Assembly (NCBI RefSeq): GCF_009914755.1 | Contig: NC_060932.1 | DNA from: the human T2T-CHM13v2.0 reference genome, Homo sapiens | Reading direction: 5' to 3' (one strand) | Length of the DNA: 64,000 nt | Shown here: positions 31,316 through 46,218 of the stretch, one piece after another | Layout: every line of letters begins with the position of its first letter | Numbering within the stretch: position 1 is the stretch's first letter | Notes under the pieces: model-generated | The model's input: only the letters and a program-made list of their open reading frames with translations | What the model was told of the DNA's origin: nothing | The model's database searches: none | Program-made: the position numbers and the translations under genes

Positions 31316-31629
31316 CTAAATTCCTTCAGGAGGAAACCCACTTTTATCCCAAAAACCTGGGAGGGCAGTAGCTGTCATTATCTCCTGCTGCTGTGAGGGT
31401 CATTGACATTTCCAAGTCCACACAGCCAGGAAGCAGTGGGAAGTCTGGGTTCTTTACTACTGCATCCAGGAACTTGATTTGGGGTAGAGCTGGGGTGTGG
31501 GGTCTTAGTCCCTCCCAGAGGGGCTTTGATTGCATCCCGCTTTTTGTTGATCGGGAAGGCTGGACGTTCAGAGCAGGGTGTGGGGCAAGGGGTAGTCACC
31601 AGTTAGTGAGGGAAGAAGGGCACTAAAGC

Positions 31630-31795
31630 ATGTTTTTCTCTCCTGATACTTTGACATCTTGGGGCCTTGCTGACACTTGGGGGACTGCCCCTCCCAGAGC
31701 TAGCCAGTTCCCAGAGATAATAAAGGACTCCTGCTCAGAAGCAGGCCTTTCATGTGCAAACCAACCAATCCAGAGCCCACACCCCACCAAAACCC
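31630..31795 (+). mobile_element. MER74-like LTR 5' fragment
   Basis: tttgacatcttggggccttgctgac..gggactgcccctccca..gctagcca...gcaaaccaaccaatccagagcccacacc. Confidence 0.7.
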
Positions 31796-32554
31796 CAAAG
31801 CACAAATTATAAGTGAACACATTGATGGATTTAAGCACATCAAAAATAACATCTTTTTTTTAAGCAAAGGACAACATAGGTAGGCATTAGTAATATAAGA
31901 GACTGAAAAAGTTATCTCTAACATTGAAAACATAAAGGCTAATATCCAGATTATATAAGCAAACTGCAGATCAAAGACAAATCAAATAGAAAAATGGGCA
32001 ATGCTTATGAAGAGAATAATCACTGAAAGAGAAAATGGAATGACTAACAAGTCTGTGAAGAGATGCATAAATTCATTAGTAATCAGAAATTCAAATTAAA
32101 ACAACAATGAATGCCTCTTCACAGTCATCAGACTGGTAAACTAGTAAATGGGATAATGCCAAGTGCAGAAAAAAATGTGGGAAAACAGAGGAGTGGAGAC
32201 ATGAACGGGCACTTCAGAGAGATTACCACCAGTACGGGGCAATGGAATATGGATATATTCTGTTGGATGGCTAACTTTATGAGTCAACCTGATCAGGCTA
32301 TAGTACCCAGATATTTGTTTCAACACTTTATTCTACATATTGCAGTGAAGGCATTTTTTTAGATGTGATGAATGTTTAAATCAGTGGACCTGAGTAAAGC
32401 AGATGATCCTCGTTTAAGGTGGGTGATCTACTCAGTTGACGGTCTTAAGACTGAGGACCTGGGGAAGAAGGAATTCTGCCTCCAGATGGCCTTTGGAATT
32501 GAGCTGCCATATCACCTCTTCCTGGGACTACAGCCTGCCAGCCAGTTGGCCTTC

Positions 32555-32937
32555 TGATATGATTTGGCTTTGTGTCCCCACCCAAATCTCATCTCGATTT
32601 GTAATCCACACGTGTTGAGGGAGGGACCTGTAATCCCCATGCGTCAAGGGTGAGAGGTGATTGGATCATGCGGGTGGTTTCCCCTATGCTGTTCTTATGA
32701 TAGTGAGTGAGTTCTCTTGAGGGCTGGTGGTTTTATAAGTGCTCGGAAGTTCCTCCTTCGCTCTTCTCTCTCCTGCTGCCTTGTGAAGAGGGTGCCTGCT
32801 TCTTTTTTTTCCATGATCGTAAGTTTCCTGAGGCCTCCACAGCCATGTGGGACAGTGAGTAAATTAAACCTCTTTCCTTTACAAATTACCCAGTCTCAGG
32901 GAAGTTCTTTATAGCGGTATGAAAATGGACTAATAAG
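32555..32937 (+). mobile_element. THE1D-like solo LTR
   Basis: TGATATGATTTGGCTTTGTGTCCCCACCCAAATCTCATCTCG...GGACTAATA; 5-bp TSD CCTTC. Confidence 0.85.
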
Positions 32938-33012
32938 CCTTCCATGCAAATTTTAGGTTTGCTAGTCTTCACAATCATGTGAAGGAATTGCCATTCATTA
33001 AAATCAAACTCC

Positions 33013-33013
<1 letters not shown>

Positions 33014-33070
<57 letters not shown>
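33014..33070. repeat. (CT)n(CA)~20 microsatellite
   Basis: Directly visible. Confidence 0.95.
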
Positions 33071-33073
<3 letters not shown>

Positions 33074-33393
33074 AATTTGAATGTGTCCCCAAAGTTCATA
33101 TGTTAGAAACTTAATCTCCAATGCAACAGTGTTGAGAGGTGGGACCTTTAAGAAGTGATTTATGTCAATATCTCGAGAGTACATTTATTATAAAAGTGAG
33201 CTTAACCCCCTCTTGCTCTAACCCTCTCTTGTCTTTCAACCTTCTGCTCTGTTACAACACAGCAAGAAGATCCTTGCCAGATTGTGGCACATTGATATTG
33301 AACTTCCCAACCTCCAGAACTGTGAGCTGAATACATTTTTATTGTTTATAAATTACCCAGTCTGTGGTATTCTGTTACAGCAGCACTAAGGCA
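33071..33393 (+). mobile_element. MSTC/MSTD-like solo LTR
   Basis: tttgaatgtgtccccaaagttcatatgttagaaacttaatctccaatgcaacagtgttgagaggtgggacc...aattacccagtctgtggtattctgtt. Confidence 0.75.
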
Positions 33394-33699
33394 ACACCCA
33401 GTTGGTTCTGTTTCTCTGGAGAGCCCTGACTAATAAACTTGTGTTGCTGAAATCTCCCTTCTCTGGCCTGGCTCCATCCCAAGGCAAGAGAGTAAAGGTT
33501 CTCTCTTTGGAGGAAGGGGGCAGTTTGAGGAAAAAGAGCTCCAAATCCTGACACTGGCTGGGTTCCCTCTGTGTTCCACACGGTGAAGCCCATCAGTCAA
33601 CAGGTCTCGGCAGTGCACCAGAACATTCAGTCAGCATTTTTGTGCCTCATTCTTAAATGGTACATACAGAAGGTCAAGATTTCTGGATATTTGCAGAAT

Positions 33700-35000
<1,301 letters not shown>

Positions 35001-35014
35001 AGCTAAGCCAAATT

Positions 35015-35153
35015 GGCTGGGCGCAGTGGCTCAGGCCTGTAATCCCAGCACTTTGGGAGGCTGAGGCAGGCAGATCATTTGAGGTCAGAAGTTCAAGACC
35101 AGCCTGGCCAACATGGCGAAAACCCACCTCTATTAAAATACATAAAAATTAGC
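35015..35153 (+). mobile_element. AluS left arm (3'-truncated)
   Basis: Ends just after the linker aaaaattagc. Confidence 0.88.
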
Positions 35154-35189
35154 ATCACTTACACTTTTTGTGTGTTTCCTTCTATTCCA

Positions 35190-36445
35190 CACATTTCTTA
35201 ACCAACTTCAGTCTAGCTTTCTGCTCCTCATGCCACCAAAACAGCCTCTGATAAATTCATCAGTGATCCCTACGTTGTTAATGGCAACTCGTACTTGAGC
35301 CTCATCGGACTTGAATTCTTGGCTGCATTTAACTCTATGGACCACTCAACCTCCCTTCTTGAGAGTCTCTTTCCATTGACCTCAGTAATCCAGAGCTTGG
35401 TCTCCTGGACTGCCAGCCATGGAGACGTTCCTTCAGGCTTCGCTGCCTCTGCTTGGATACCACATGCTGCTTTTCCTCAAGGGGTGGGGGCCCTAAGCTC
35501 TCCTATCTCTCCATGCTGTCTCCTAAGCCCATCTTGTTCAGTCACGTCTATAATCTGTCTACTACAGATGATGTAGAAATTGTCTCCGGCCCAACTTGTT
35601 CTCTGAACTCCAGGTCAGTGTCACCCTTTTGAACAGCTCAGAGCTTCCCTCAATGTGAACATGCTCCAAACCAAACTCCTGACTTTGACCCTAGTCCTGG
35701 TCCTCTTCCAGCAGCCTCTGTCTCCTTCACCATCCAGATGGGCAAGCCAGATGCTCAGAGCCATTCTCCACCACTCCTCTCCCTCATCCCCTTACCCAAG
35801 TATCATCAATATTAGTTCGAAAATGTTTCTCAAATCTGTTCACTTCCCTCTATGGCCACCATCACCACCAAAAACAGTAGCAACCTTGTTCAGACTGTTT
35901 TGTCTCACCTGAACTACTGCAAATGGGACAGCAGGCAGTGACCTCATCAACGCGGAAATCTCATGTCATTCTCCTGCTTCCAGAATAGGTAACGCCCCTA
36001 GCGTGGCCCCTGCACCACCTCCACTCACTCTGCTCCATTCACCTTGGCCTTATTTGGCTCCTCCTACCTTCCGTGTCCCCTCACACCACAGACCTTTTGC
36101 ACACTCAGTGTCCTCCTGCCAGAATCCTTCAGCCTTGCCTCGATTCCTAGCAGTGCCTGCTCAGTCCTCATATCTGGACTCATGCATCACTTAGCAAGGA
36201 AGCTGTTCCCTGGCGGGGACAAAGCTCCTTATGACAGCACAGGCTCTTTCTCCTGTGAAGCGTCTGTCACAGTCTCAATTTTATACAGCATGTGCCTTGC
36301 ATTTAGTGCCCGCTTTCACCATTAAATTGTGAGCTCCACGAGGTTGGAGATTATATCTGCTTTTGCTCACCATTTATCCCCAGGACTTAAAACACTGTCA
36401 GACTTATAATAGGCACTCAATAAATATTTGTCGAATGAATTGGTG
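35190..36445 (+). mobile_element. L2 (RT-domain remnant to 3' end)
   Basis: Remnant LIGLEFLAAFNSMDH..LLESL...FPQG resembles L2 RT 'LLDLSAAFDTVDH...VPQG'; ends aggcactcaataaatatttgtcgaatgaat. Confidence 0.85.
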
Positions 36446-37549
36446 ACTACATAAATCACTTTGCTATGGGGCCCTCGACACAGGACTGACCCTCCCCATC
36501 GCCTTCTCCTGAGGCTGGCAAAATAATGCAAATTGTAGAAAAAAATAGCCTGAAAACCTGAGTGAGTCTAACACAGATGAATCCTATTAGACTCTGCTAA
36601 AAAGAATGGTTTTTGACTTTCTGGGAAAGGATCCAGTACAAGGAAATAGTGTTTCTTTCTCCCAGCACACGGCTGTGTCCAAAGTCCAGCTTGTATTTGA
36701 CATCATCCCCGTTTCCTTAGAGCTCAAGCAAAGCTCTCGGTATTTCAGATGCCAAAGTCTGGACACATTTGTGAGGTTTGAATTTCTGCACCTTACTTAC
36801 GTGACTCACAGGAAGAAAGTGCCTGGACTTGGCAGTGGCAGCCTCCTCTCCCATGTGGATCAGGTCGCCATATGATGGGCTCAGATGGGGACCTCTGTTT
36901 CTCCCAGGAGCCCACAGCCTGTCTCATCCAGGACAGGGCATGCACTGGGAGCATGTTTGGACCACAGACCCTCCTGCTGAGTCATCTGCCTCCAAACTTT
37001 GAAACAAATCCATTAAGGGCAGCTTTGGGGAACGACGTAATATTTTTAGGTGCCTGCTCACTTCATGCCCCCTTCTCCTGAGAATCCCTTCTGCAGAAGG
37101 GCAGGGCTCAGCTAGCACCATCTCAGGTCACAGTTGACGGGACCATGGCGGGACAACTCATGGACTGCAGGTAAATGAGATGATCCTCCTGGAATGGGCT
37201 GGCAGGGAGACTCTCTCGTAGACAAGTCAGGAGTCCACTTGGAGTCAGGGCTGGCATGATCTTTCCTTCTGCATGGACAGAGAGACAGGGCAGGCTGACA
37301 TGCAGAGAGACAGGCAGGCTACAGTACAAGGAGACCACTGGGTCGCAGTAAGGTGAAGAGCATAACCTCAGTCCTTGGCCTTCTAGTTCTGGATTCCAGT
37401 CCCTTATGAGGCCTGGATGTGTTTCCTACCCTGATATTCCATGAGATACCCCTGAATCCTTCCAGTGGATTCTAATGTGTGCTGGAGCATGTTGCATGCA
37501 AACAGAGACAGAGATGAGGTGGGGAGAAGGGGTGCATTGAGGGACATTT

Positions 37550-37819
37550 CTTTTCTTTGCTTTGCTTGTTTTTTTGGACAGGATCTTTCTCTGTTGCCTA
37601 GCTGGAGTGCAGTCGTGTGATCATAGCTCACTGCAGCCTCGAACTCCTAGGCTCAGTCTATCCTCCCATCTCAGCCTCCCAAGTAGCTGGGACTACAGGT
37701 GTGTGCCACTATGTCTGGCTAATTCTTTTATTTTATGTAGAGATGAGGTCTCACTATGTTGTCCAGGCTGGTCTTGAACTCCTGGCCTCAAGCGATCTCC
37801 CTGCCTTGGCCTCCCAAGT
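37550..37819 (-). mobile_element. AluJ, 5'-truncated
   Basis: Antisense dimer; flanks GACATTTCT. Confidence 0.9.
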
Positions 37820-37979
37820 CCCTGGGGAGAGACATTTCTAAGGAAGAAATGCCAGTTTTCCTGACACACTGGAAGTCGGTGTGTAAATGGAAAGAGAAGC
37901 AGGCCCTGCCATTGGCTGAATCGTGCCTGGTGCTGTGTTAGGAACCTCCCAGGGAGCACCTCTCTTTTGAATTATAAGA

Positions 37980-38130
37980 ACTTTCTGTGGTATATCTTAT
38001 TATCCTCATTTGACAGACAGGAATCAGAGGCTCAGGAGGTCAGCCAATGTCTCTAGTTTCTAGGTCAGACAGCTAGTAAGTGACATGGAAATGGATGTGG
38101 AGCTGGCACTGGAAGCAAACACAGCAACTC
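37980..38130 (-). mobile_element. MIR
   Basis: ttattatcctcatttgacagacaggaatcagaggctcag...acagctagtaagtg. Confidence 0.75.
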
Positions 38131-38648
38131 TAGTGGCTCTGGCCCAGACTGAACAGCCGATGAGAAGTGGGGGGATGGCTGGAGTGGCCATCGTGTCCCT
38201 GTCCACGGAAGCAGCAGCATTTGTGTCTCCTGTCCTGGTTACACCTGGTCATTGTTTGTCCACGCTGCAGAATGCATCAAAGACATTGCCCTGTGGAAAA
38301 CTCCTTCTCTGCCCCTCAGCCTTGTATCATTTCCTTCTCTGACATGACAAGGTGAAATTAACATTCTAACCTCCGCAGGCAGATGCCAGTCTGACCCATC
38401 ACTCAGAGCAGCAGAGGTCTGTGCTCAAGTGACTGAGGGGCTGACATATTTCCCATTGTGGGTGGCAGGAGGGAGATGGGAGCAGGAGGGAGGAGGAGGA
38501 TGGTGTGCGTTCTGATTGTAGGGGGCAGGCAGTTTGCTTTTCCCTCCTGACGCCTTGTCTGCAGGTTCCTACCTGAGGCCCCACATTCTCTCAGGAGCCA
38601 GGGCTGACTGTGCTACAAGCTGCCCTTTGGATGAGCAGCACAAGCCTG

Positions 38649-38662
38649 GTTTCCATGGTAAC
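38649..38662. promoter_or_regulatory. RFX X-box
   Basis: GTTTCCATGGTAAC (reverse complement of GTTACCATGGAAAC), in non-repeat DNA. Confidence 0.6.
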
Positions 38663-39061
38663 ATCTCAGGAGGAGGATGCGGATTCCAGGCTCTATGTGG
38701 CCTTGGGTAAACAATGCGTTGGATGTTTCTGAAAATCTCAGAACCTTCCCTCTACCTTCTCTAACACTGCTTACAAAAAGCAGCTGAAATGAGAAATTAG
38801 GTCCATGCGGCTTTTAATATGTAAAAGGAAAATCCCATGTGTTTATTTAACAAACCAAATGTGAGTGGGGGGTTTCAAAAGATTTATGTCTGTCAACATG
38901 CTTAGAGAGTACAAAGAATTCTAGGAAGGAATTCTAGTGAGGTGCTGCTGGGTTCCTCCAGGCGTCTCTCTGACACCTGTCTGCTCAGTCACCACCTGAC
39001 TTAGCAGCCTCTGCAATGCAGCTCGTGCCAGAGCTGGGGCAGTTTGCTCCTTAGCTAAGGG

Positions 39062-39230
39062 TTCATTCATTCATTCATTCATTCATTCATTCCCACATTC
39101 CACCACCACTTATGGACCACCTACCTGGTACCAGGGACTGTACCACCAGTTGGGGACATGAAGAACACGAAAGGAATTCACAGCCCAGCAAAGAAGACAA
39201 ATAGTGGGAGAAGTGTAAATTACAGATGGA
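39062..39230 (-). mobile_element. L2 3' end with (TTCA)n
   Basis: (TTCA)7 followed by a degenerate antisense L2 tail. Confidence 0.6.
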
Positions 39231-39378
39231 TTCAGATCCAAGGCTGAAAAGATTCAAGTTCCAACTGTTACAACTCAACTGTCAAGATGTTTTTGTTAAT
39301 GGTCAGCCCTTTACTTCCTGCCTTGGTGACTCCCGAGTGCTTTGGTGCCATAGTAAGAGGAGAACAGCCTTTCTCTTT

Positions 39379-39770
39379 TGATATGGTTTGGGTCTCTGTC
39401 CCCATCCAAATCTCATGTCAAATTGTAATCCCCCATGTTGGAGGTGGGGCCTTGTGGGAGGCGATTGGATCATGAGGGTGGATTTCCCCTTTGGTGCTGT
39501 TCTTTTGATTATGAGTGAATTCTTATGAGATCTGGCTGTTTAAAAGTGTGTGGCACCTCCCTCTTCGCTCTCTGTCTTCCTCCTGCTCTAGCCATGTGAA
39601 GATGTGCCTGCTTCCTCTTTGCCTTTCACCATGATTGTAAGTTTCCTGAGGTCTCCCCAGCCATGCTTCCTGTACAACCTGCAGAACTGCGAGCCAATTA
39701 AATCTCTTTTCTTTATAAATTACCCAGTCTCAGGTACTTATTTACAGCAACGCAAAAATGGACTAATAGA
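39379..39770 (+). mobile_element. MSTA solo LTR
   Basis: TGATATGGTTTGG...AAATCTCATGTCAAATTGTAATCCCC...GGACTAATA; TSD TCTTT. Confidence 0.88.
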
Positions 39771-39859
39771 TCTTTTTACACCACCTGCTAAAGATTGGAG
39801 CCCTGTTGTGGAGCCCCTGTGGTTCCCAGGACCTTGTTTTCAGCTGCCTTTCGGATGCT

Positions 39860-40070
39860 TTAGTATGGTGGGGCAAGACTGTGGGCTTTGAGTCCAAGAT
39901 CTGGGGTCAAAACTATCCCTGTAATTTGCCACGGTGAGTGACGTCTGAATCTTGATGTCCTCATCTGTAAATTGGAAACATCTCATAGGGCTGTTTGAGG
40001 GATAAATGAAATATGTGCAAAGTTCCTGGCACTGAGCTTTGGCCTATGGAAAGAGCTAACTATTAGTCTC
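39860..40070 (+). mobile_element. MIR
   Basis: cctcatctgtaaattgg...ctcatagggctgtttgagggataaatga. Confidence 0.75.
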
Positions 40071-40199
40071 CTTCCCTTATACTTTGTCTCAGATTCCCAT
40101 CCCTTTCCACTTGTTGCCAACTGTTGCCTGTGACCTGGAACTGTTGCTACCTGGGGCCCAGGGTTACTTGCAAAATGGCACCTTCCTTCTAATGGAACC

Positions 40200-40682
40200 T
40201 GCAATGGTTAATTTATGTGTTAACTTGACTGGGCCAACGGATACCCAGACTAAACATTATTTCTGGGTGTGTGGATGTTTCTAGGTGAGATTAGCATTTG
40301 AATCAGTGGACTCAGTAAAGGAGTGCCGTCTGCAGTATGGGTGGGTACCATCCAATCTGTTGAGGGTCTGCATAGGACAAAAGGAAAAAGAAGAAGGAAT
40401 TCTCTCCTTTCTTTACTGCCTCACTGCTGGGAGCTGGAGCATCTCTTCTCTTCCTCTTCTGCCCTTGGAATGGGTTTTATGTCATCGGCTCCCGCAGTTC
40501 TCAGGCCTTTGAACTTGGACTGAGCTGCACCACCAGCTTTCCTGGGTCTCTAGCTTGCCAATTGCAGATTGTGGGACTTTTTAGCCTTCATAATTCCATG
40601 AGTCAATTTCTATAATATATCTACACATCTCTCTATATATATCCTATTAGTTCTGTGTCCGTAGGGAACCCTGACTAATACA
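40200..40682 (+). mobile_element. MLT2 solo LTR
   Basis: tgcaatggttaatttatgtgttaacttgactgggcca...tcctattagttctgtg..gggaaccctgactaataca. Confidence 0.85.
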
Positions 40683-41442
40683 ACTCCAAAGCAGAGTGAG
40701 ATCCCCCCAGCTTCTGGCTGGTCCCCATAGATAAATTGTTTTCTGCACCTTAGAATGTTCATGACTCCCCTGTGCTCTATTCAGTTGTAAGAGAATAGGC
40801 AACCACGAGGTTCCTATGAAGGAACTTAATGAAATAAAGTATGTGGGAAAAAGTGTGTTGAAAAGACACGCCCAGCCAGCAAAAGTAAGGTGAAGTTCTC
40901 CTCCTCTGTGCATTTAATTGATAATTTATGTTTCTCTTATTCCCTGAATAATCTCATTGCTCCACTTCCCTGAGTCTCAGTGCACAGAAGGATAAAAGTA
41001 TATACCATATAAATATAAAAGTATATACCATATAAATATATAAGCATATAATTTTATCCATCCATGTTCACTGGGAGGCTCTGAAGAAAGCAAGTACGAA
41101 TTCTGGGTCAGAAGGAAAAGTAGGTGGGGACTCTGGCTCAGAAAGCTGGGGAAGGACAGGAACAAAGAAGGACCCTAGGCACACATCGGGCCATTCAGAT
41201 GCTTCCTTCCTCAAAGATGCTTGCCAGGGATTGGCTTTGAACACTTTCACTAGAAATGAATGAATTACTAGACCTCCTTCTATTCTAATTACTGCAGGCT
41301 TCTCTATGATTAATAATGTTGCACTTGAACAGTGCTCTTTGGGCCTTGCTTTCTCTAAAAATGGCTTTTCATATTCAAAGTTCCTTACCACCTCATGAGA
41401 AAAATTCACTTCTTGTAATCCAAAGTCCCTTCATTCCTGAAT

Positions 41443-41739
41443 GTTTGTTGTTATTGTTGTCTTTTTTGTTTTTGAGGCAGAGCCTCACTCTGTTGTCCAG
41501 GCTGGAGTGCAGTGGTGCTATCATAGCTTGCCGCAACCTCAAACTCCTGGGCTCAATCTCAGCCTCCCGGCCAGCTGGGACTACAGGCATGTGCCACCAC
41601 ACCCAGCTAATTTTTTCTTTTTTGTAAAGATGGGGTCTCTTTATGTTGCCCAGGTTGTTCTCAAACTTCTGACCTTAAGCACTCCTCCTGCCTCAGACTC
41701 TCAAAGTGCTAGGGCTGACGTGAGCCACCGCATCTGGCC
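41443..41739 (-). mobile_element. AluJ
   Basis: Antisense dimer with (TTG)n tail. Confidence 0.88.
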
Positions 41740-41931
41740 ATTCCCAAATTATAACAGGTTCTCAGTCATAAAACAACAGGTACCATCTTGGGATAATTTA
41801 TTAGAAAGGGAATTGAGTATGGGAAAATGGGGAGCTTGCTGACTCTCTAGGAGGGCTGGAGAACCAGGTTCAGAGGCTGTACATCCAGAAACAAATCATG
41901 CCACAGTCAGGGGGACTCCTGGGCTCAGACG

Positions 41932-42818
41932 TGATTTCCTTCTTTTTAAAGGCTGGATCATAGTCCTTTGTGTATATACAGTGAATTTTCTTCATTCATT
42001 CATCCATCTGTGGACATTTAGGTTGATTCCATAACTTGGCTATTGTGAATAGTGCTGCAATAAACATGAGAGTGCAGATATGTCTTTGACATACCGATTT
42101 TATTTCCTTTGGATAAATACCCAGAAGTGGGATTGCTGGATCTTATGGAAGTTATATTTTTAATCTTTTGGAGAATCTCCATACTGTTTTCCCTAGTGTC
42201 TGTCCTAATTTATATTTTCACCAGCAGTGTGTAAACATTCCCTTTTCTCTACATCCTTGCCAACACTTGTTATTACTTTTCTTTTTGATAATGGCTATCC
42301 TAACAGGTGTGAGGTAGTATCTCATTATAATTTTGATTTGCATCTCCCTGATGATTAGTGATGTTGAGCATTTAAAAAATACATCTGTTGGCCATTTGCA
42401 TATCTTCTTTTGAAAAATATCTATTCCATTCCTCTGGCCATTTTTTATCTTCTTTTTTTGAGACAGGGTCTTGCTATCACCCAGGATAGAGTGTAGTGTT
42501 GTGATCCTAGCTCACTGCAGCTTTGACCTCCCAGGCTCAGGCAATCTTCCTAGCTCAGCCTCCCACGTATCTGAGATCGCAGGTGCATGCCACCACACCT
42601 GGCTAATTAAAAAAAATTTTTTGAGATGGCGTCTTGCTATGTTGCCTAGGTTGGTCTTAAACTGCTGGGCTCAAGAGATCTTCCCGCCTCAGCCTCCCCA
42701 AGTGCTGAATTTACAGGTGTGAGCCACTGTGCCCAGCCCTTCTGTCCATTTTTAATGGGGTTATTGCTTTATTGCTGTTGAGTTGTTTGAGTTCCTTATC
42801 TATTTTGGAAATTAAGCC
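41932..42818 (-). mobile_element. L1MA ORF2-end/3'UTR fragment split by an Alu
   Basis: ttggctattgtgaatagtgctgcaataaacatg...cccagaagtgggattgctggatc. Confidence 0.85.
42441..42739 (-). mobile_element. AluJ
   Basis: Antisense dimer; TSD ~CCATTTTT. Confidence 0.9.
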
Positions 42819-43380
42819 TGGACCAGACCCTCTCAAGGAGGGTCTAAGCAGTGCCTTCCCATGCCTGCTGTGCTAGCTTTGGTCCCAAGCAAAGGGGAAC
42901 ACTCCCTCAAGAATGCAGAATCTCTGCATGAGATTCTACATCCATCCTAGGCAGGAGTGCACACGTAGACAAGGGCATCTTGATAGTAGCTGCACAAATC
43001 CATATTGCGCGTTGGCTTGTATGATTTCTCTTATTCTGTGTGTGTTGGTTCCACTTCCCCAAAGAGCTTGTTAGCTCTCCAAAGCTACAGATTATGCTGA
43101 ACTTTAGCAAACCCACAGAACCTAGCACAGGGCCGAGCACATAGTAACAGCCTCGGGAATGCTGAGCACTGCATCTGAAGGCTCCATGAGCACAGACCAT
43201 CCCTTAAGCCAGGGGCCCACTCTCAGGGCGAATTTCCAACAGATGAGTGCTTTCCTCCCTGCCCCCATCTCTGATCATTCATTGTTCTTGTCACAGATTG
43301 AAGAGGAAAGCAAACAGCACTTAACAAAACCTGCAGCCCCGCTCTTGACACCTCCCGCGCAGAAAAGCGTTTGACAACTG

Positions 43381-43394
43381 GTTCCCATGGCAAC
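43381..43394. promoter_or_regulatory. RFX X-box
   Basis: GTTCCCATGGCAAC in non-repeat DNA. Confidence 0.6.
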
Positions 43395-43865
43395 AGTCTT
43401 TCTTTGAAAGAATGTCTTGTTTGGTGCACCAGACCCCCACCTCTCTCTTCTTGGGAGTAATGGCCAGTGTTGACAATGAGACAGATGAGACAAGCAGAGA
43501 ACATCCGAGAGGAAGCCAGCGGGTGGGCAGGGGGCTCTCCTTGGCTCAAGGGTGGGGACAGCACTCTAGAGCCCTCTCCTCAGGGGCACGCTGGTGCTCA
43601 CCAAGGGGTTAAAATACACCAGAAAGAGGTCTGAGAAAAACTGACGGCTGCGTCAACAGGCGCTATTTAGAGCAACGCAGTAGCACAGAGTGCGCTAATT
43701 TTGGAAAAGGGCCCTTTTTGCACATTCTGAGCGGCAGGGCCTGCCCTGGAGGCTGCCGGCTTCCTTCTCTTGTTTGGTGTCAGCTGTGACACATGGGCAG
43801 AGTTTTTCCCTCAGACAGGAGTGGACCTTGTCCCTTGCCTCTCATCCTTGTCCCCACTGTGGTAA

Positions 43866-44228
<363 letters not shown>

Positions 44229-44517
44229 TGTGCTCCTCAAATTTCTGTGTTGAAGTCCTAAACCCCAGTCTCTCAGAATGGGACTGTATTTGGAGAAAAA
44301 GGCCTTTAAAGAGATAATTATGTTAAAATAAGGTACTTAAGGTAGGCCCTACTCCAATCTGATTAGTGTCTTTATAAGAAGAGCAGATGAAGACACACAG
44401 AAAGACGCCAGAGGTGCACACGCTCAGAGGAAAGAACCTGTGAAGACACAGCAAGGCGGGGACTGTCTCAGTCTGTCCAGGCTGCTTTAACAAAATAGCA
44501 TGAACTGGGTAATATTA

Positions 44518-44626
44518 TGCCTGTAATCCCAGCACTTTGGGAGGCTGAGGCAGGCAGATCACTTGAGGTCAGGAGTTTAAGACCAGCCTGGCCAACATGG
44601 TGAAACCCTGTCTCTACTAAAAATAT
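44518..44626 (+). mobile_element. Alu left-arm fragment
   Basis: tgcctgtaatcccagcactttggg...ctctactaaaaata. Confidence 0.85.
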
Positions 44627-44909
44627 ACTATAAACAGCAGAAATTTATTTCTCGGGGTCCTAGAGGCTGGGAAGTCAAGATCAAGGTGCTGGCAGACTCA
44701 GTGTCTGGTGAGGCCCTGCTTTCTGGTTCATAGACAGAGCTTTCTTGCTGTCCTCATATGTGGAAGGGTGATGAGCTCCCTTGGCCTCTTTTATAAGGAC
44801 ACTAATCCCATTCATTAGGGCTCCGCTGTCATGACCGAATCACCTCTCAAAAGCTTCCTCTCCTGATAGCATCACCTTGCGGATTAGATTTCAATTCATG
44901 AATTCTGAG

Positions 44910-45198
44910 AGCTGGGCTTGGTGGATACTGCTGGTAATCCCAGCAACTCAGGTAGCTGAGGCAGGAGGATCACTTGAGGCCAGGAGTTTGAAACCAGCCT
45001 GGGAAACATAGCGAGGCCCCATCTCTAAAAAAATATTGAAAAAACTTAGCTGGGGATGGTGGAGTGCATCTGTAGTACCAACTGAGGTGGCAAGATTGTT
45101 TGAGCATAGGAATTTCAGAATTCAGTGAGCTATGAGCACACCACTGTACTCCAGTCCAGGTGACAGTGCAAGAGTTAGACCCTCTGTCTATAAACAAA
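44910..45198 (+). mobile_element. AluJ (diverged)
   Basis: Dimer. Confidence 0.85.
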
Positions 45199-45204
45199 GT
45201 AACA

Positions 45205-45574
<370 letters not shown>

Positions 45575-46218
45575 TTACAAAGCAAGGAGAGAGGCCTCAG
45601 GAGAAAACTGCCAACACCTTGATTTCAGACTTTCAGCCTCCAGAAAAGTGAGGATACAAATTTTTGTTGTGTCAGCCACTGCGTCTGTGCTATTTTGTTA
45701 CAGCAGCTTGAGCTGACTAATAGAGCTCCCCTCTGGGCTGCAGAGGCTCCCTTTGTCAGGCTGAGGCTCCAGAAAGAGCCTGAAATGATGCTGTTCTGTG
45801 GTCATATTCAGAGAGGGTTGGGCTTGGTGAACCAAGCAAGCTGGCCAAACCCACTCCCCTCACCTCTTGCTGTGGGATACCCTTGTGTCTGGACGTGCCT
45901 GGGGATCTGTTCTCTCACTGGATACTCACAGAATTCTGGGCAGTCACTGATGGAGGCCCAGCCATCCACCATCTACAGCAGAAAAAGGCAAAGACAGATC
46001 CGAGGGATTCCCCTTAGTGGGGCGTGGGAGGCATCAGTGGATGCGTCCTTGATTCTTCCACCAGCCCACTTTTACAACTAGAAAAGTAAATCAAATAACA
46101 CTTCAAAGGATGTTGAATATCAGGTATTTTTAATGTTTGTGCCATCCAATAACAGGGTTCCCTGAGGTTTAGGATGCTATCTTGGGTCTCTTTGTATTTC
46201 AGCCACTGGGAAGGTTCT

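Larger units (their letters stand above)
32261..33435 (+). mobile_element. MLT2 (ERVL) LTR hosting two nested MaLR LTRs
   Basis: MLT2 start (tg..gatggctaactttatgagtcaacctgatcaggcta), (CT)n(CA)n, and end ttggttctgtttctctggagagccctgactaata. Confidence 0.8.
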
